Positions 49,066 to 59,661 of a stretch of DNA of 64,000 nucleotides are shown here, piece by piece. Both the position numbers and the translations under genes were made by a program. Each line of letters begins with the position of its first letter. The stretch's first letter is position 1. The stretch spans positions 4,000,001-4,064,000 of the forward strand of contig OZ242358.1 of the NCBI GenBank assembly GCA_965208835.1. The letters are read 5' to 3'. Source of the DNA: Candidatus Latescibacterota bacterium (GTDB lineage Bacteria; Latescibacterota; UBA2968; GCA-2709665). The notes below the pieces were generated by a model. The model searched no databases and was not told the origin of the DNA. It worked only from the letters and a program-made list of their open reading frames with translations.

Positions 49066-50895
49066 TTAATTGTCGCGGTTTTGCGGAACGGACGGCGGCG
49101 CCGGCCCTCCCTCCAGGCGCAGGTACATTGCCATCCCTCTGTGCAGAGCGCCCGCGCTGGAGGCACGCGCCAGATGCGAATTCGCCAACGCCGCGAGTAT
49201 CTCACCGGCCGTTTCCGCATAACGCCGGTTCGCGGTCAGCCCGTACAACCTCGTAAGCACCTGAACGGCAACCCCGTTACCCGACGGCACCAGACGGTCC
49301 ACGGCGTGGAAGACGGCCGCGTCAGGCTCTGGCCAGCGGTCGCGCAGCGCGCCGGTGTCATCGAGAAGCCGCTCCAGCATCACATCGGTGAGCTTCAATG
49401 CGAAACGTAATTCGGCGGTATCACCACCCGCGCTGTAGAGATCCAGCGCGGCCCGTGAAACAACGGCCTGGTCGGCAAGCAGGAAAACCGGCGATGCAGG
49501 CTGGTCGAGGACATGTCGCATACCACCCGCAGGATGCGTAAGCCGCGTGCGGATAGACGCCATGACGTCACGCGCCAGGTCCAGGTAGTCCGTTCTTGAA
49601 GAAGCCTGATAGAGCGCTGCGAGTCCGGTAACTGCCAGGGCGTTCCACGAGGTGTAGACAGCCGGGTCTCTCGGCGGCGCGCGACCCGCCTCCAGCAGGA
49701 CCGCACCACTCGATTCTTCGGAAAACCCCGCGAAACCTGCGACAAACATGCCGTTCCGCGGTGCATGGAATCCACCAATTAGCGCATCGCCCAGCTCAAT
49801 CGCGGCCGCCGTGTCCGTCCGAGCCAGGACTGCCAGCCAGCCCGCATTCATGGCCAGCGTCTTCTCCCGGTCGAGTACCGCTCCGTCGGGCGTGAGCCGC
49901 CGCTGGAAGAACGTACCGTCGGAATCGCGCAGCGGGCTTTCGACGATCTTATGCAGCCGATCCAGCGCCAGAGCCCGCGCCACCGAGTCATCGCCGTCAA
50001 GAAGTGCAAGAAACGACTCCGGACCCTGGACCTCATCCCGTTTCAACGCGGCCACCGTGCTGTCCGTAAACGACTGCAGCAGGCCGGACGACACCTCCGC
50101 ACGAGGGGAAGGCAGCGCTTCTCTCGCTGTCCACAGGGCGAGATTCCGTCGCTCGCGTTCAAAATCAGCCCAACGCTTCGGATTATTGGAATAGACCCAC
50201 ACCCGTCGCAACAATTCCCGGAGGTCATCCGGATCCAGATAGGTGGAACCGGTCATCCACTCGCCTTCGGGAGTCAGAATCGCCGTTGACGGCCAGCCGC
50301 CCAGTCCGAATCGCTCCGCAAGGTCGGGGCGCCGGTCCACGTCCACCCGTACCGGCCACGTTCCCCGTCCGATCGCCCGCGCCAACTCCGGGTCTTCGAA
50401 ACCGCGACTTGCCATTTCCCGGCACCAGTAGGACCGGCTGGAATAAAGAAAAACAAACAGCGGTCGATTGAGAACACGCGCGGAATCCCGCTCTGCCCAC
50501 CCTCTCCAGGTCACCCGTCCGGGAGGCTGCGCGGACAGTTCGGAGAATGCGGCGGATTCCGGAACCCGATCGCAGGTGCCAGACCCGATGCTCAAAGTCA
50601 CCAACACGCAGGCCAGACGCAGATGACTCGGCGCGATACGCAAGAGGACCCCCCGGGGACGACAGCCACGCGCATCGAGCGAGAGATCGTGTTCCGTCCC
50701 GGAAATACGTGGCCTGATTTCGACCGCCAGGTCGCCCGGCTCGCATCCCTTCGGCAAGCTCAGGACGGCGCCTTCGACAGGCTCAGCAAGCAACGCAGCG
50801 AGACGGGATGAATCGTCGGTCGAACGGTGAGGAATTTTCGGGACAGGACACTGATTGAGAGTCGAGAATTCTTTTCCAATGTTAAAGGCCGCCAA
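49066..50895 (-). CDS. YyaL/DUF255 thioredoxin-domain protein (true start probably near 50650)
   Basis: YWCREM...FED, VDVDRRPD, GGWPSTAILTPEG, WNALAV, PSGNGVA. Confidence 0.75.
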   Translation of the reverse strand: MAAFNIGKEFSTLNQCPVPKIPHRSTDDSSRLAALLAEPVEGAVLSLPKGCEPGDLAVEIRPRISGTEHDLSLDARGCRPRGVLLRIAPSHLRLACVLVTLSIGSGTCDRVPESAAFSELSAQPPGRVTWRGWAERDSARVLNRPLFVFLYSSRSYWCREMASRGFEDPELARAIGRGTWPVRVDVDRRPDLAERFGLGGWPSTAILTPEGEWMTGSTYLDPDDLRELLRRVWVYSNNPKRWADFERERRNLALWTAREALPSPRAEVSSGLLQSFTDSTVAALKRDEVQGPESFLALLDGDDSVARALALDRLHKIVESPLRDSDGTFFQRRLTPDGAVLDREKTLAMNAGWLAVLARTDTAAAIELGDALIGGFHAPRNGMFVAGFAGFSEESSGAVLLEAGRAPPRDPAVYTSWNALAVTGLAALYQASSRTDYLDLARDVMASIRTRLTHPAGGMRHVLDQPASPVFLLADQAVVSRAALDLYSAGGDTAELRFALKLTDVMLERLLDDTGALRDRWPEPDAAVFHAVDRLVPSGNGVAVQVLTRLYGLTANRRYAETAGEILAALANSHLARASSAGALHRGMAMYLRLEGGPAPPSVPQNRDN

Positions 50896-51157
50896 TCATC
50901 CCTGTACCGAAACACCTGCCGGGAAAACGTGACGGCCGAAAGGAAAAGTAGGGAACCACTGTGCGCCAGATGCGTCTATATCTTGAAATCGACAAAAAGA
51001 CTTGACATTTCAATGGCGATTAACGTAATTTTTTCGCTTGACGAGATCCGAAGCGGCCCGATATCCGGGTGGCGTTCGTAACGGCCTGCGCAACCAGGAC
51101 CCATCGTTGCACATAAGGTTTGACATCAGGTTAGAAATCCAGAAAGCGCTCGAGTCT

Positions 51158-51418
51158 TCACCCGATCTTCGAAAGCAGTATCGCCTCTTCGATCAACATA
51201 ATGGGAATGTCGTCTTCAATCGGGTAAAGGTAAGCCCCGTCCTCACGAACAAGGCCTCCGTCAACGGGTTTCTCAACGCGGGTTCCCCCCCGGTTGCACA
51301 ACTCGCCCTTTTCAATAAGATTGTTGACTTTTTCGATCAGTTCCCGACCTGCCAGACTGACAGGTGATTTGTCTTCGGGACAGGCCAGAATATCGAGAAG
51401 TTCCTTGTCGATGCTCAC
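51158..51418 (-). CDS. Trm112 family protein
   Basis: DKELLDILACPEDK...YPIEDDIPIMLIEEAI. Confidence 0.85.
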   Translation of the reverse strand: MSIDKELLDILACPEDKSPVSLAGRELIEKVNNLIEKGELCNRGGTRVEKPVDGGLVREDGAYLYPIEDDIPIMLIEEAILLSKIG

Positions 51419-51852
51419 CCTCGAGCCCCTTAGAAATGTAATCGCCTGATTGGTGTATCCGGTTCTCCGCAGCACCCAGTCTGAGAAAATATACAACAAG
51501 AGGTTGTCTAACAAGCTTTTTCCGGCAGGAGCGCCTATTCCGAACATTCGCTGACGTGTTTTGCCCGTAGATCCACAATTCCGTTCCACAAAAGAAGCTG
51601 TCGACAAGGCTGATCATCACCGCCTTCGCCTCCCTGGGCGTTCGTCGCGTTGTGGACTTGTTGCCAAAACCTTTAGCGAGTGGAGTGAGTGCCCGTGCCG
51701 TTCGAGAGATTACCCGGGTCGTCGGGCAATAGAGTGGCCCAAGCCTTCCAGCCCTCTCCGCACCCGGTTTTTTATGCCCTGTCGCTCTGTCATTTCCCGT
51801 CGGGCTCAATCGCGCGATTAGAAAACCGTTACGACTCAAGGAGCCGAAACCC

Positions 51853-52899
51853 ATGAAAAACAACCAGATGTGCGTATGCCTGATGGGCTTTATTCTGGCC
51901 GCTGCGTTTGTATTCCCGGTCCCGACGTGGGCGACGCCGGAAAGCCAGGCCGCGGCGCCCTTTCTACTGTTTCAGCCCAGCGCACGTTCTGCTGGAATGG
52001 GCGAAGCCTATATTGCCATTGCCGACGGCGCCAATGCCACATATTACAATCCGGCGGCCCTAGCCGACGACACCGACAGGCACATGAGTACGACGATGTA
52101 CAAGCCCGTTCCATCATTGGCAAGCGACATCTTCACGTCGTTCGGCGCCTACACGCAACCGGTTGAAGGCGTGGGCAACCTGGGCTTCAGCCTGATCTAC
52201 ACTTCGCTCGGGTCCCAGCACCGTACGGACTCGCAGGGGCAGGATCTGGGCAAATTTACGAGCTTTGGGGTGGCTGTGGCAGTGTCCTATGGAACTTTTG
52301 TCGTTAAAGACGTGTCTGTCGGCGCAACCATGAAGTTCATTCATGAAAAGCTGGCCAGTCAGGGCGCAGGCATCGAAAAGGGCAAAGGCGCAGGTACGTC
52401 TTTCGCAGGCGACCTGGGCTTTATGTGGAAAACCTCCGATCGGTTCACGCTTGCGTGGGCGTTGCGAAACGTCGGGCCGAACATTACGTTCATCGATGCG
52501 GACCAGGCGGACCCGCTGCCTCAGAATTTCACCATCGGGGTTGCCTATACGGCGCTCCAGCGCGGGAATTCAACGCTGCTCTTCGCCGCTGACATCTATA
52601 AACCGCTTGCAGACAGGGGCTTTTTCTCGTTTGTCACGGGTTGGAACGACCGCGGCAGCAGGGAAGAACTCGAGGATATGGATTACCATACCGGCATCGA
52701 GTGGACATACAACCTTTCCGAAGAATCCGCCTTCGCCCTGCGAACGGGATATTTTCACGATCAGGACGGCGACCGGAAGAGCCCGACGTTCGGCCTGGGC
52801 CTCAAATACAACTGGGCGTCGTTCGATCTCTCGTACTTCGCCAGGAGCAACTCCGCCCTCCGAAACGTCTTTCGCTTCACTGGCGGGTTTTCCTTCTAG
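51853..52899 (+). CDS. PorV/PorQ-family outer-membrane protein
   Basis: FLLFQPSARSAGMGEAY.AIAD..NATYYNPA; C-terminal Phe; AAGGAG RBS. Confidence 0.85.
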   Translation: MKNNQMCVCLMGFILAAAFVFPVPTWATPESQAAAPFLLFQPSARSAGMGEAYIAIADGANATYYNPAALADDTDRHMSTTMYKPVPSLASDIFTSFGAYTQPVEGVGNLGFSLIYTSLGSQHRTDSQGQDLGKFTSFGVAVAVSYGTFVVKDVSVGATMKFIHEKLASQGAGIEKGKGAGTSFAGDLGFMWKTSDRFTLAWALRNVGPNITFIDADQADPLPQNFTIGVAYTALQRGNSTLLFAADIYKPLADRGFFSFVTGWNDRGSREELEDMDYHTGIEWTYNLSEESAFALRTGYFHDQDGDRKSPTFGLGLKYNWASFDLSYFARSNSALRNVFRFTGGFSF

Positions 52900-53058
52900 C
52901 AGTCCGATGATAAAGCCGCTCTGCAGGCGAGGCCGAGCCATTGTGGCCGAAGACAAGGCGCGCGACCGAGTCCCATCCAGCGATTCGGAGCGGGAGCGCA
53001 ACGCAGTATTTCGACCGCAAGGGCCGGCCGTGGCCCGGATGGGCCCTTCATCGGGCTG
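52900..53058. mobile_element. MITE copy 2 (diverged, inverted relative to copy 1)
   Basis: Colinear with 56215-56374; flanks CTAG/CCAG; abuts a TAG stop. Confidence 0.7.
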
Positions 53059-53115
53059 CCAGGGCGTTCCCTTCCGTCACTTTTCGTCTGACTTCTCATA
53101 GGGTCGAAAACCATC

Positions 53116-56100
53116 GTGTGGTTGCGGCGGGTTGAACCCAGACGCAGTCTGCAATTGGCGCGGAAGAGAACGAGGTTGGCGTTCCTTTTCGCCGTTTGCT
53201 TTTTTTCTTCCGTCCTTTCGCCGCCTGCCGTCCAGGGCGCCGGGGAAACCTGGCGCATCCTGGCTGTCCGGGTCTCATTCTCCGTGGAAGACCCCGACGA
53301 CGTGACCACCAGCGGAAACGGCGCTTTCGACCTCCGGACTTTCGACTCGGTCCGCGACGATTATATCTTCCCCTTCGACGCCCCCCCGCACGACAAACCC
53401 TTCTTTGAAGCGCACCTTCAGGCCCTGCGCAATTATTATCTGGATATATCCGACGGTCAACTTGAAATCGATTACACCGTGTTCCCGGAGGAAGCGAATG
53501 AAAGCTACGTCATCGACAGGCCCCTCAAGGAATACGGCAACGGGCGCACCCGGACTGAAATCGCCCAGCGAATCACGCAACTCTTTCACGACGGCATCGT
53601 GGCCGCCGACTCCGTGGAAGGAGCGAACCTGGATTTTTCCGGCTTTAAGGCCTTCGTGGTCTTTCACGCCGGGCTCGGCGCTGAGGCAGGCGGGCAGGCC
53701 ATCAACGACATACCGTCCGCATTCGTTTCCGGCAAGGATCTCGATCGCTTTGTGGACGGACCAATCGCGGTGGACGACGGGGCAGCGGTTGTGCACAACG
53801 GCATGTTGCTTCCCGAAGCCGTCAGTACGGACGGCAGGGGCGGCCTGAACGGCACGCTGGTTCGTTTTTTCGCGCATCAGCTCGGTCTGCCCGGGCTGTC
53901 CAACTTCGAAGATGAACTCCCCGCGGTGGGAGACTGGAGCCCGCTGGATACCGGTGGTCCGGGCGCGGTTGCCTCCGCCGCCCGCCTGGAACTTCAGCCG
54001 CTTTCTGGTGAACCTGCGGACAGCCTGCTCATCGGATTCGTCCCAAGCCGCCTCCTCGCGTGGTCCCGAATCCGTCTCGGATGGCTGGAGCCGGTGGTGG
54101 TCACGCGGAACGACACGGTGCGGCTGGTTGCGCCGCATGTTGCGGATTCCGATCTTCCGCGGGCGGTCAAAGTCCCCCTCAGCGCCACCGAGTACTTCCT
54201 TCTGGAAAACCGCATCTCACGACTTGCTGTATACGGGCGGAAACCGAACATAGCGTTTTCAGCCGGACAACGCGTCTGGCTCTCCATGGACGACTACGAT
54301 GCCTTCATTCCCGGTTCGGGCATTCTGATCTGGCATGTCGACGACGCCGTCATCCAGGCCAGCGGCGACGGCACGGCCGTCAACAGCAATCCACAGTACC
54401 TCATCAGCCCGGGGCAATACAGGCGCGGCATCTCGCTCGAGGAGGCGGACGGGCTGGAGGATATCGGGAACAACGCCGCAGACCGGATCGTACAGGCCGG
54501 AATCATCAGCCTGGATGCCATAGAAGGCGGCGTCCGGGATCCGTTCTACGCCGGAAACGCTGCACGTTTCGGGCCGGATACCGTGCCCTCGACCAACAGT
54601 AACCTGAACTATCCCACCGGCATTACGATTCAGATCCTCAGCCCGCCCGCCGATACCATGGAGGTGGTTGTCACCTTTGACTTCCAGGAGGACGCCTGGC
54701 CCGCAACCGGGTTGGCAAACGTCGGGCCGCAGGCCCCCCGCGCAATCGACCTGAACGGAGACGGCGTCAAAGAGATACTGCGCAGCGGCGGTCCCGTCGA
54801 GACGTCACCTGGCGGAAATGCCCTGCCGCTGTCTTTATCCGGAAATGCCGCCACGCTCGAACCGGACGCGACGTTTCCGTTCTTCACGCCATTCACCCCC
54901 GCCGTCGGTGACGTCGACGGAGACGGCCAGGACGATTTCATCTTCGCCCGGGGCCACACGCCGACCCTCTGGAGTCGCAGCAAAACCACCACTTCGCCGG
55001 CCGGACCGGCGCAGGACATCACATGCCCGCCTCTCGTCGCCAGCATTGGCGGCGCGTTGGTGGACGTTTGGGGATGGTCCAACGGCGACGTTACCTGGGG
55101 CAACCTTGCGGGAAAAAATACCGGCGTTGCGCAGACGGGATCGGAACCCGTCGCCGGACTGGCGGCGGGAAACGTGGACGACGATCCGGAAGACGAGCTT
55201 GTCGCACTGGCGGGACAGGGTCGGCTCTTCATTGCCGAAGCCGATGGACGTGTTCGACAGGTGGCCGATCTTTCCGGGCCCGTCATGGGATCCCCCGTAC
55301 TGGGCGACCTCGACCGTGATGGCGGGGACGAGATCGTCACGCTGGGCGCGGACGGTGTGGTATCCATCTTTTCCAGGGGGCACATGACGGCGCAAAGCAT
55401 GCCGGTGCCCGGGGGTGCAGGGTCGGCGCCCGTGTTGGGCGACCTGGACGAAGACGGCTACATCGAGGTGCTATTCGGCGGCGAGGGTCGCCTCTGGGTC
55501 GTGCGCTTCAACGGCGTGCATCAGACCGATACGCCGCTTGCGTTTCCTCTCAAGGACGAGACCGGCCTGATATCCGCGCCGCCCGTACTTGCCGACATCA
55601 ACCTGGACGGCGACCCGGACATATTCGTGGCCACCGGCGGCGGCTTGGTTTATGGCCTCGGCGCCGACGGCTCGATCCTGCCGTCCTTTCCCCTGCCCGT
55701 TTCAAGCCCGGTGCACGCCTCGCCCCTGGCCGACGATCTGGATGGCGACGGCACCCTGGAGCTGGTTGTCTTCACAACGGAGGGCGCGGCGCATCTCTGG
55801 CACCTCGAGACCTTTGACGCCCATTTTACGGGCAATCATCTCGTCTGGAGCCAGGCCGGAGGTGGGCCCGGAAACGCGAGTCGACTGCTCACGCTGCCCA
55901 GCGACCCGCCGCCGGAGACTACGTCGCTGCTTCTCCCCCCGGACCAGGTCTACTGCTATCCCAACCCCATTCGCGGCACGTCTGCCACGATCCGGTTCTT
56001 CCTCGGAAAGAGCGCCCGTATCCAGGTGGCCGTGTTCAACGCGCTGGGTGAAATCGTCGAACGGATGACTATGGAGAATCCGACGCCTCGCACGGACAAC

Positions 56101-56214
56101 GAACTGCGCTGGAACACGGTCGAGTATGCCAGCGGCTTCTACGTTTGCCGCGTGGAAGCCATCTCGGAAGAACGATCGGAAGTCCGCTTCGTAAAAACCG
56201 CGATAATCAAATAG
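53116..56214 (+). CDS. secreted M6/InhA-like domain protein with FG-GAP/VCBS repeats and a T9SS-type C-terminal domain
   Basis: VFHAG.G, EYFLLENR, GILIWHVD, repeated GD.DGDG..E motifs, YCYPNP...GFYVCRVEA...K. Confidence 0.8.
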   Translation: MWLRRVEPRRSLQLARKRTRLAFLFAVCFFSSVLSPPAVQGAGETWRILAVRVSFSVEDPDDVTTSGNGAFDLRTFDSVRDDYIFPFDAPPHDKPFFEAHLQALRNYYLDISDGQLEIDYTVFPEEANESYVIDRPLKEYGNGRTRTEIAQRITQLFHDGIVAADSVEGANLDFSGFKAFVVFHAGLGAEAGGQAINDIPSAFVSGKDLDRFVDGPIAVDDGAAVVHNGMLLPEAVSTDGRGGLNGTLVRFFAHQLGLPGLSNFEDELPAVGDWSPLDTGGPGAVASAARLELQPLSGEPADSLLIGFVPSRLLAWSRIRLGWLEPVVVTRNDTVRLVAPHVADSDLPRAVKVPLSATEYFLLENRISRLAVYGRKPNIAFSAGQRVWLSMDDYDAFIPGSGILIWHVDDAVIQASGDGTAVNSNPQYLISPGQYRRGISLEEADGLEDIGNNAADRIVQAGIISLDAIEGGVRDPFYAGNAARFGPDTVPSTNSNLNYPTGITIQILSPPADTMEVVVTFDFQEDAWPATGLANVGPQAPRAIDLNGDGVKEILRSGGPVETSPGGNALPLSLSGNAATLEPDATFPFFTPFTPAVGDVDGDGQDDFIFARGHTPTLWSRSKTTTSPAGPAQDITCPPLVASIGGALVDVWGWSNGDVTWGNLAGKNTGVAQTGSEPVAGLAAGNVDDDPEDELVALAGQGRLFIAEADGRVRQVADLSGPVMGSPVLGDLDRDGGDEIVTLGADGVVSIFSRGHMTAQSMPVPGGAGSAPVLGDLDEDGYIEVLFGGEGRLWVVRFNGVHQTDTPLAFPLKDETGLISAPPVLADINLDGDPDIFVATGGGLVYGLGADGSILPSFPLPVSSPVHASPLADDLDGDGTLELVVFTTEGAAHLWHLETFDAHFTGNHLVWSQAGGGPGNASRLLTLPSDPPPETTSLLLPPDQVYCYPNPIRGTSATIRFFLGKSARIQVAVFNALGEIVERMTMENPTPRTDNELRWNTVEYASGFYVCRVEAISEERSEVRFVKTAIIK

Positions 56215-56374
56215 CAGTCCGTTGATAAAGTCGCTCTGCAGGCGAGGCCGAGCCAATGTGGTCGAAGACAAGGCGCGCGACCGAGTCCCATCCTGCGATT
56301 CGGCGAGGGAACGCAACGCAGTATTTCGACCGCAAGGGCCGGCCGTAGCCCGGATGGACTTTTTCAACGGGCTG
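56215..56374. mobile_element. MITE copy 3
   Basis: TIRs CAGTCCGTTGATAAAGTC / GACTTTTTCAACGGGCTG; begins immediately after a TAG stop. Confidence 0.75.
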
Positions 56375-56385
56375 AAAGACGTCAG

Positions 56386-59300
56386 ATGGATGCGATGGTC
56401 ATACAACGGAGAAGGAAGGCGTACCGTACCGGACTGACGAGTCCCTCATCCGGCCTGATCTTCGGGATTTGCCTTGCCCTGCTGCTCTCGGCGTCTCTGC
56501 CGGCCGGCGCCCAGTTCGACGCCAACCATCCCGAACTGCACTGGGAGGTAATGGAGACCGCCCATTTCAAGATATATTACCACCAGGGTCTCGCGGATTT
56601 TGCCCGCCGCGCCGCCAGGGCAGCTGAGACCGTGTACGGTCCGGTCACGGCATTCTACGATTTCACACCCGACGAAAAAATACGGCTGATTTTGAAAGAC
56701 ACAGACGATTATGCCAATGGCGTGGCCTTCTATTACCATAACACCATGGAAATCTGGGCATCCAACCTGGAATTCGAACTGCGGGGCGACACCAACTGGC
56801 TCCAGAACGTGATCGCGCACGAATTCACCCATATCGTTTCGCTTCAGACTGCCCGAAAGGGTCCGCGACGCCTCCCGGCCATTTACTTCCACTATCTGGG
56901 GTACCAGAATGAAGAGCGCCGCGACGACGTTCTCACGGGCTATCCGGACGTCTTTGCGTCTTACGCCGTTCCGCTTACGATCGTACCGCCCTGGTTCGCC
57001 GAAGGCACCGCACAATTCATGGCGCCGGGCGTCCATTTTGACCGCTGGGATTCCCACCGCGACATGATCCTGCGCATGGCCACGTTGAAAGATCGACTGC
57101 TCACCTACGACGAAATGGGGGTGTTCGGCTCCAAAACCGGTCTGGGACTCGAAAAAGTCTACGACCACGGCTACGCCCTGACCCTGTTCATCGTCAACAC
57201 CTTCGGCGAGGACAAATTGCCGAAGATCTACAACAATATGAACGCGCTCTGGCGTACCGACTTCGAATCAGCCGTACGCGGCGCAATCGGTATTTCAGGA
57301 CGCGAACTCCACCGGCGTTGGGTTTCCGCCCTCGAGGAGCGGTACGAGGCGAAAGAGTCCGAACTTGAGGGACGCCTGGTAGACGGCGAATTCCTGCATG
57401 GAAACGGATACTTCAACCTCCACCCCCGCTGGTCACCCGACGGGGGCCAACTCGCCTATCTGTCCAACCAGGGCGGCGACTTCGGACGCACCGCACTGGT
57501 TGTACATACCCTTTCCGACAGCTCTTCCGAGACACTCGCCGGCGGCGTCGACACCGCTCCGGACTGGTCGCCCGACGGACCCCGTCTGATTTTTGCGCGA
57601 CACAGCCATCCCGACAGATACGGCTCGCGGTTCTGGGATCTCTACACGGTGGACCCGACTGTGACGCGGGGACACGGGCTGTTCGCAAAAACCAAGGCGA
57701 CGCTCGGCCTGTCGCTGAAGTTGCCGCCCAACCAGAAACGTCTGACCCACGGACTCCGGGCAAGCCACCCTGCATATTCGCCTGATGGCAAACAGATCGC
57801 ATTCGTCGTCAACGGCCGAGGCTCGACCAACCTCGCCGTAATGGACGCAGAGAGTGGAAATGTCCGACGGCTCACGTCCTTCGACGACGGCTCACAGGTC
57901 TATACGCCCCGATGGTCGCCCGACGGTTCGCAGATCGCCTGCTCGGTCTTCCATCCGGAGGACACGCGGAATATCGCCATCGTACCCGCAAGCGGCGGGC
58001 GGTTGAATACCGTCATTTCCTCCGCGGGCACGGATCGCGATCCATGCTGGACTCCCGACGGGGCGGGCCTGGTTTTTTCCTCGGATCAGGACGGAATTTT
58101 CAACCTCTACCACTTCAACCTTACGAACGGGTCCGTTCACCGCATCACCCGAGTACTTGGCGGCGCCCTTCAGCCACACGTCAATCCTGAAGACCGTCGA
58201 ATCGCCTTCTCCCACTACGGCGCCAATGGATATGAGATCCGGATCCTCTCGGGAAATGGCGCCTGGGAGCCGGTCGCATCCGCAATCTTTCAACCGGAGG
58301 CCGGGCGTCCGCCCGCCGCTGCGGCAGGGGACGACCCCGTACCGGAAAGCCGGCCCTACGGCAACGAATTCTCCACGACTTCGTTTTTTCCCCGCATTGC
58401 CGTGGACGCCGGAAAGGTGAAACTGGGCATCTTCGCCGGATCCAACGACGTCCTGAACAAACAGTCCCTCCTCGTAGGCGCAATGGCCGCCCGCGACCGG
58501 GATCTGGATCTCTTCGCGGTGTATGAATATCGCCGCTGGCGTCCAACGGTTTATCTGGAAGCCTATCGGGCCGTGCGCCACGAAGAAGACGACGTTCTCA
58601 ACCGTGACGAAAACTTCCGCATCTTCAGCCAGACGTTCACAATCTCCGGTGTGGAACTCGGCGCCAGGAACAAGCTCGGCACGGGCAGCCGCCTGGACGC
58701 CAGGTTTATCTACAACCTGTCATCCACCGACCAGGACGTCGCCCGGTTCAACGGCATGGATGAAGTAAGCGTGGGCGCCACCACACATCATGGATTCAAT
58801 TTCGCGTTCACGTATTCACTGCGCAACATCAGCCGGACCAGAGACCGGGAAATCAACCCCCGGGCCGGACGGGAGATGTGGTTCCGTTACGACCGCCAGT
58901 TCAACTATTTCATCAGCGGGTTCAAGGAAGACACGTCTCTTCTGATCGAAACGTTCGACCGCTACTTTTTCAACCGGTTTACACTGAGCTGGAGTGAATA
59001 TCTGCCGGTAGGTCCCGGACGATCCGCCCTGGGTTTGCGATTCTACGGCGGGCTGATCGACAGTGAAGTGGATGATTACTTCGATTTTTTTCTTGGCGGC
59101 CTGCCTTACATGAAAGGATATACGTTCTATAGCCTCGAAGGGCGCAGGGCAGCCATGTTTCGCGCCGCCTACCGCTTCCCCATCAGGACGCGGATGGATC
59201 GTCAAACCGGACCCATCTACTCCGATCAGCTCTTCGGATCCATCTTCGCCGGCATCGGCCGCGCGTGGGACGGAAACGATATGGACGACGTTCTGAACCG

Positions 59301-59502
59301 CGGCTGGAAGCGCGACGTGGGGATCCAGATCCGTTACGACGCCACCTCCTTTTACACCTTTCCGACCCGCGCCAGCCTCGATCTCGCCTACGGTATGGAT
59401 ACGTTGCCGCGAGTGGTCGCGGGGGAGGAATTGACAAAAAGCGGTTTCAAGGTCTACTTCGCCCTGCTTTTCGGATACCTGCAAAGCGTCGGAGGAAGAT
59501 AG
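56386..59502 (+). CDS. outer-membrane protein with peptidase MA-like, TolB/PD40 propeller and BamA-like barrel domains
   Basis: IAHEFTH, PPWFAEG, repeated P.WSPDG, C-terminal beta-strands. Confidence 0.8.
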   Translation: MDAMVIQRRRKAYRTGLTSPSSGLIFGICLALLLSASLPAGAQFDANHPELHWEVMETAHFKIYYHQGLADFARRAARAAETVYGPVTAFYDFTPDEKIRLILKDTDDYANGVAFYYHNTMEIWASNLEFELRGDTNWLQNVIAHEFTHIVSLQTARKGPRRLPAIYFHYLGYQNEERRDDVLTGYPDVFASYAVPLTIVPPWFAEGTAQFMAPGVHFDRWDSHRDMILRMATLKDRLLTYDEMGVFGSKTGLGLEKVYDHGYALTLFIVNTFGEDKLPKIYNNMNALWRTDFESAVRGAIGISGRELHRRWVSALEERYEAKESELEGRLVDGEFLHGNGYFNLHPRWSPDGGQLAYLSNQGGDFGRTALVVHTLSDSSSETLAGGVDTAPDWSPDGPRLIFARHSHPDRYGSRFWDLYTVDPTVTRGHGLFAKTKATLGLSLKLPPNQKRLTHGLRASHPAYSPDGKQIAFVVNGRGSTNLAVMDAESGNVRRLTSFDDGSQVYTPRWSPDGSQIACSVFHPEDTRNIAIVPASGGRLNTVISSAGTDRDPCWTPDGAGLVFSSDQDGIFNLYHFNLTNGSVHRITRVLGGALQPHVNPEDRRIAFSHYGANGYEIRILSGNGAWEPVASAIFQPEAGRPPAAAAGDDPVPESRPYGNEFSTTSFFPRIAVDAGKVKLGIFAGSNDVLNKQSLLVGAMAARDRDLDLFAVYEYRRWRPTVYLEAYRAVRHEEDDVLNRDENFRIFSQTFTISGVELGARNKLGTGSRLDARFIYNLSSTDQDVARFNGMDEVSVGATTHHGFNFAFTYSLRNISRTRDREINPRAGREMWFRYDRQFNYFISGFKEDTSLLIETFDRYFFNRFTLSWSEYLPVGPGRSALGLRFYGGLIDSEVDDYFDFFLGGLPYMKGYTFYSLEGRRAAMFRAAYRFPIRTRMDRQTGPIYSDQLFGSIFAGIGRAWDGNDMDDVLNRGWKRDVGIQIRYDATSFYTFPTRASLDLAYGMDTLPRVVAGEELTKSGFKVYFALLFGYLQSVGGR

Positions 59503-59661
59503 GCAAGAACGGGGAGAGGTGAGCCGGGAGACGGGAGATGAAATCCTTGCCCGATATCTTCTCTCCACTCGCCTCCGGCCTGAGAAGAAACCCCACGGGG
59601 CGGGCAATCTCTCCCCTCTTACGTCTTACTTCTTCCCCGGTTTTTATGACAGGAGTTCCTC

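Noticed and set aside
50745-50792. CCTTCG(G/A)CA(A/G)GCTCAG tandem motif as a possible ncRNA
   Set aside because: It looks like a short dispersed REP-like repeat (a partial copy is at ~43621); there is no evidence for an RNA gene.
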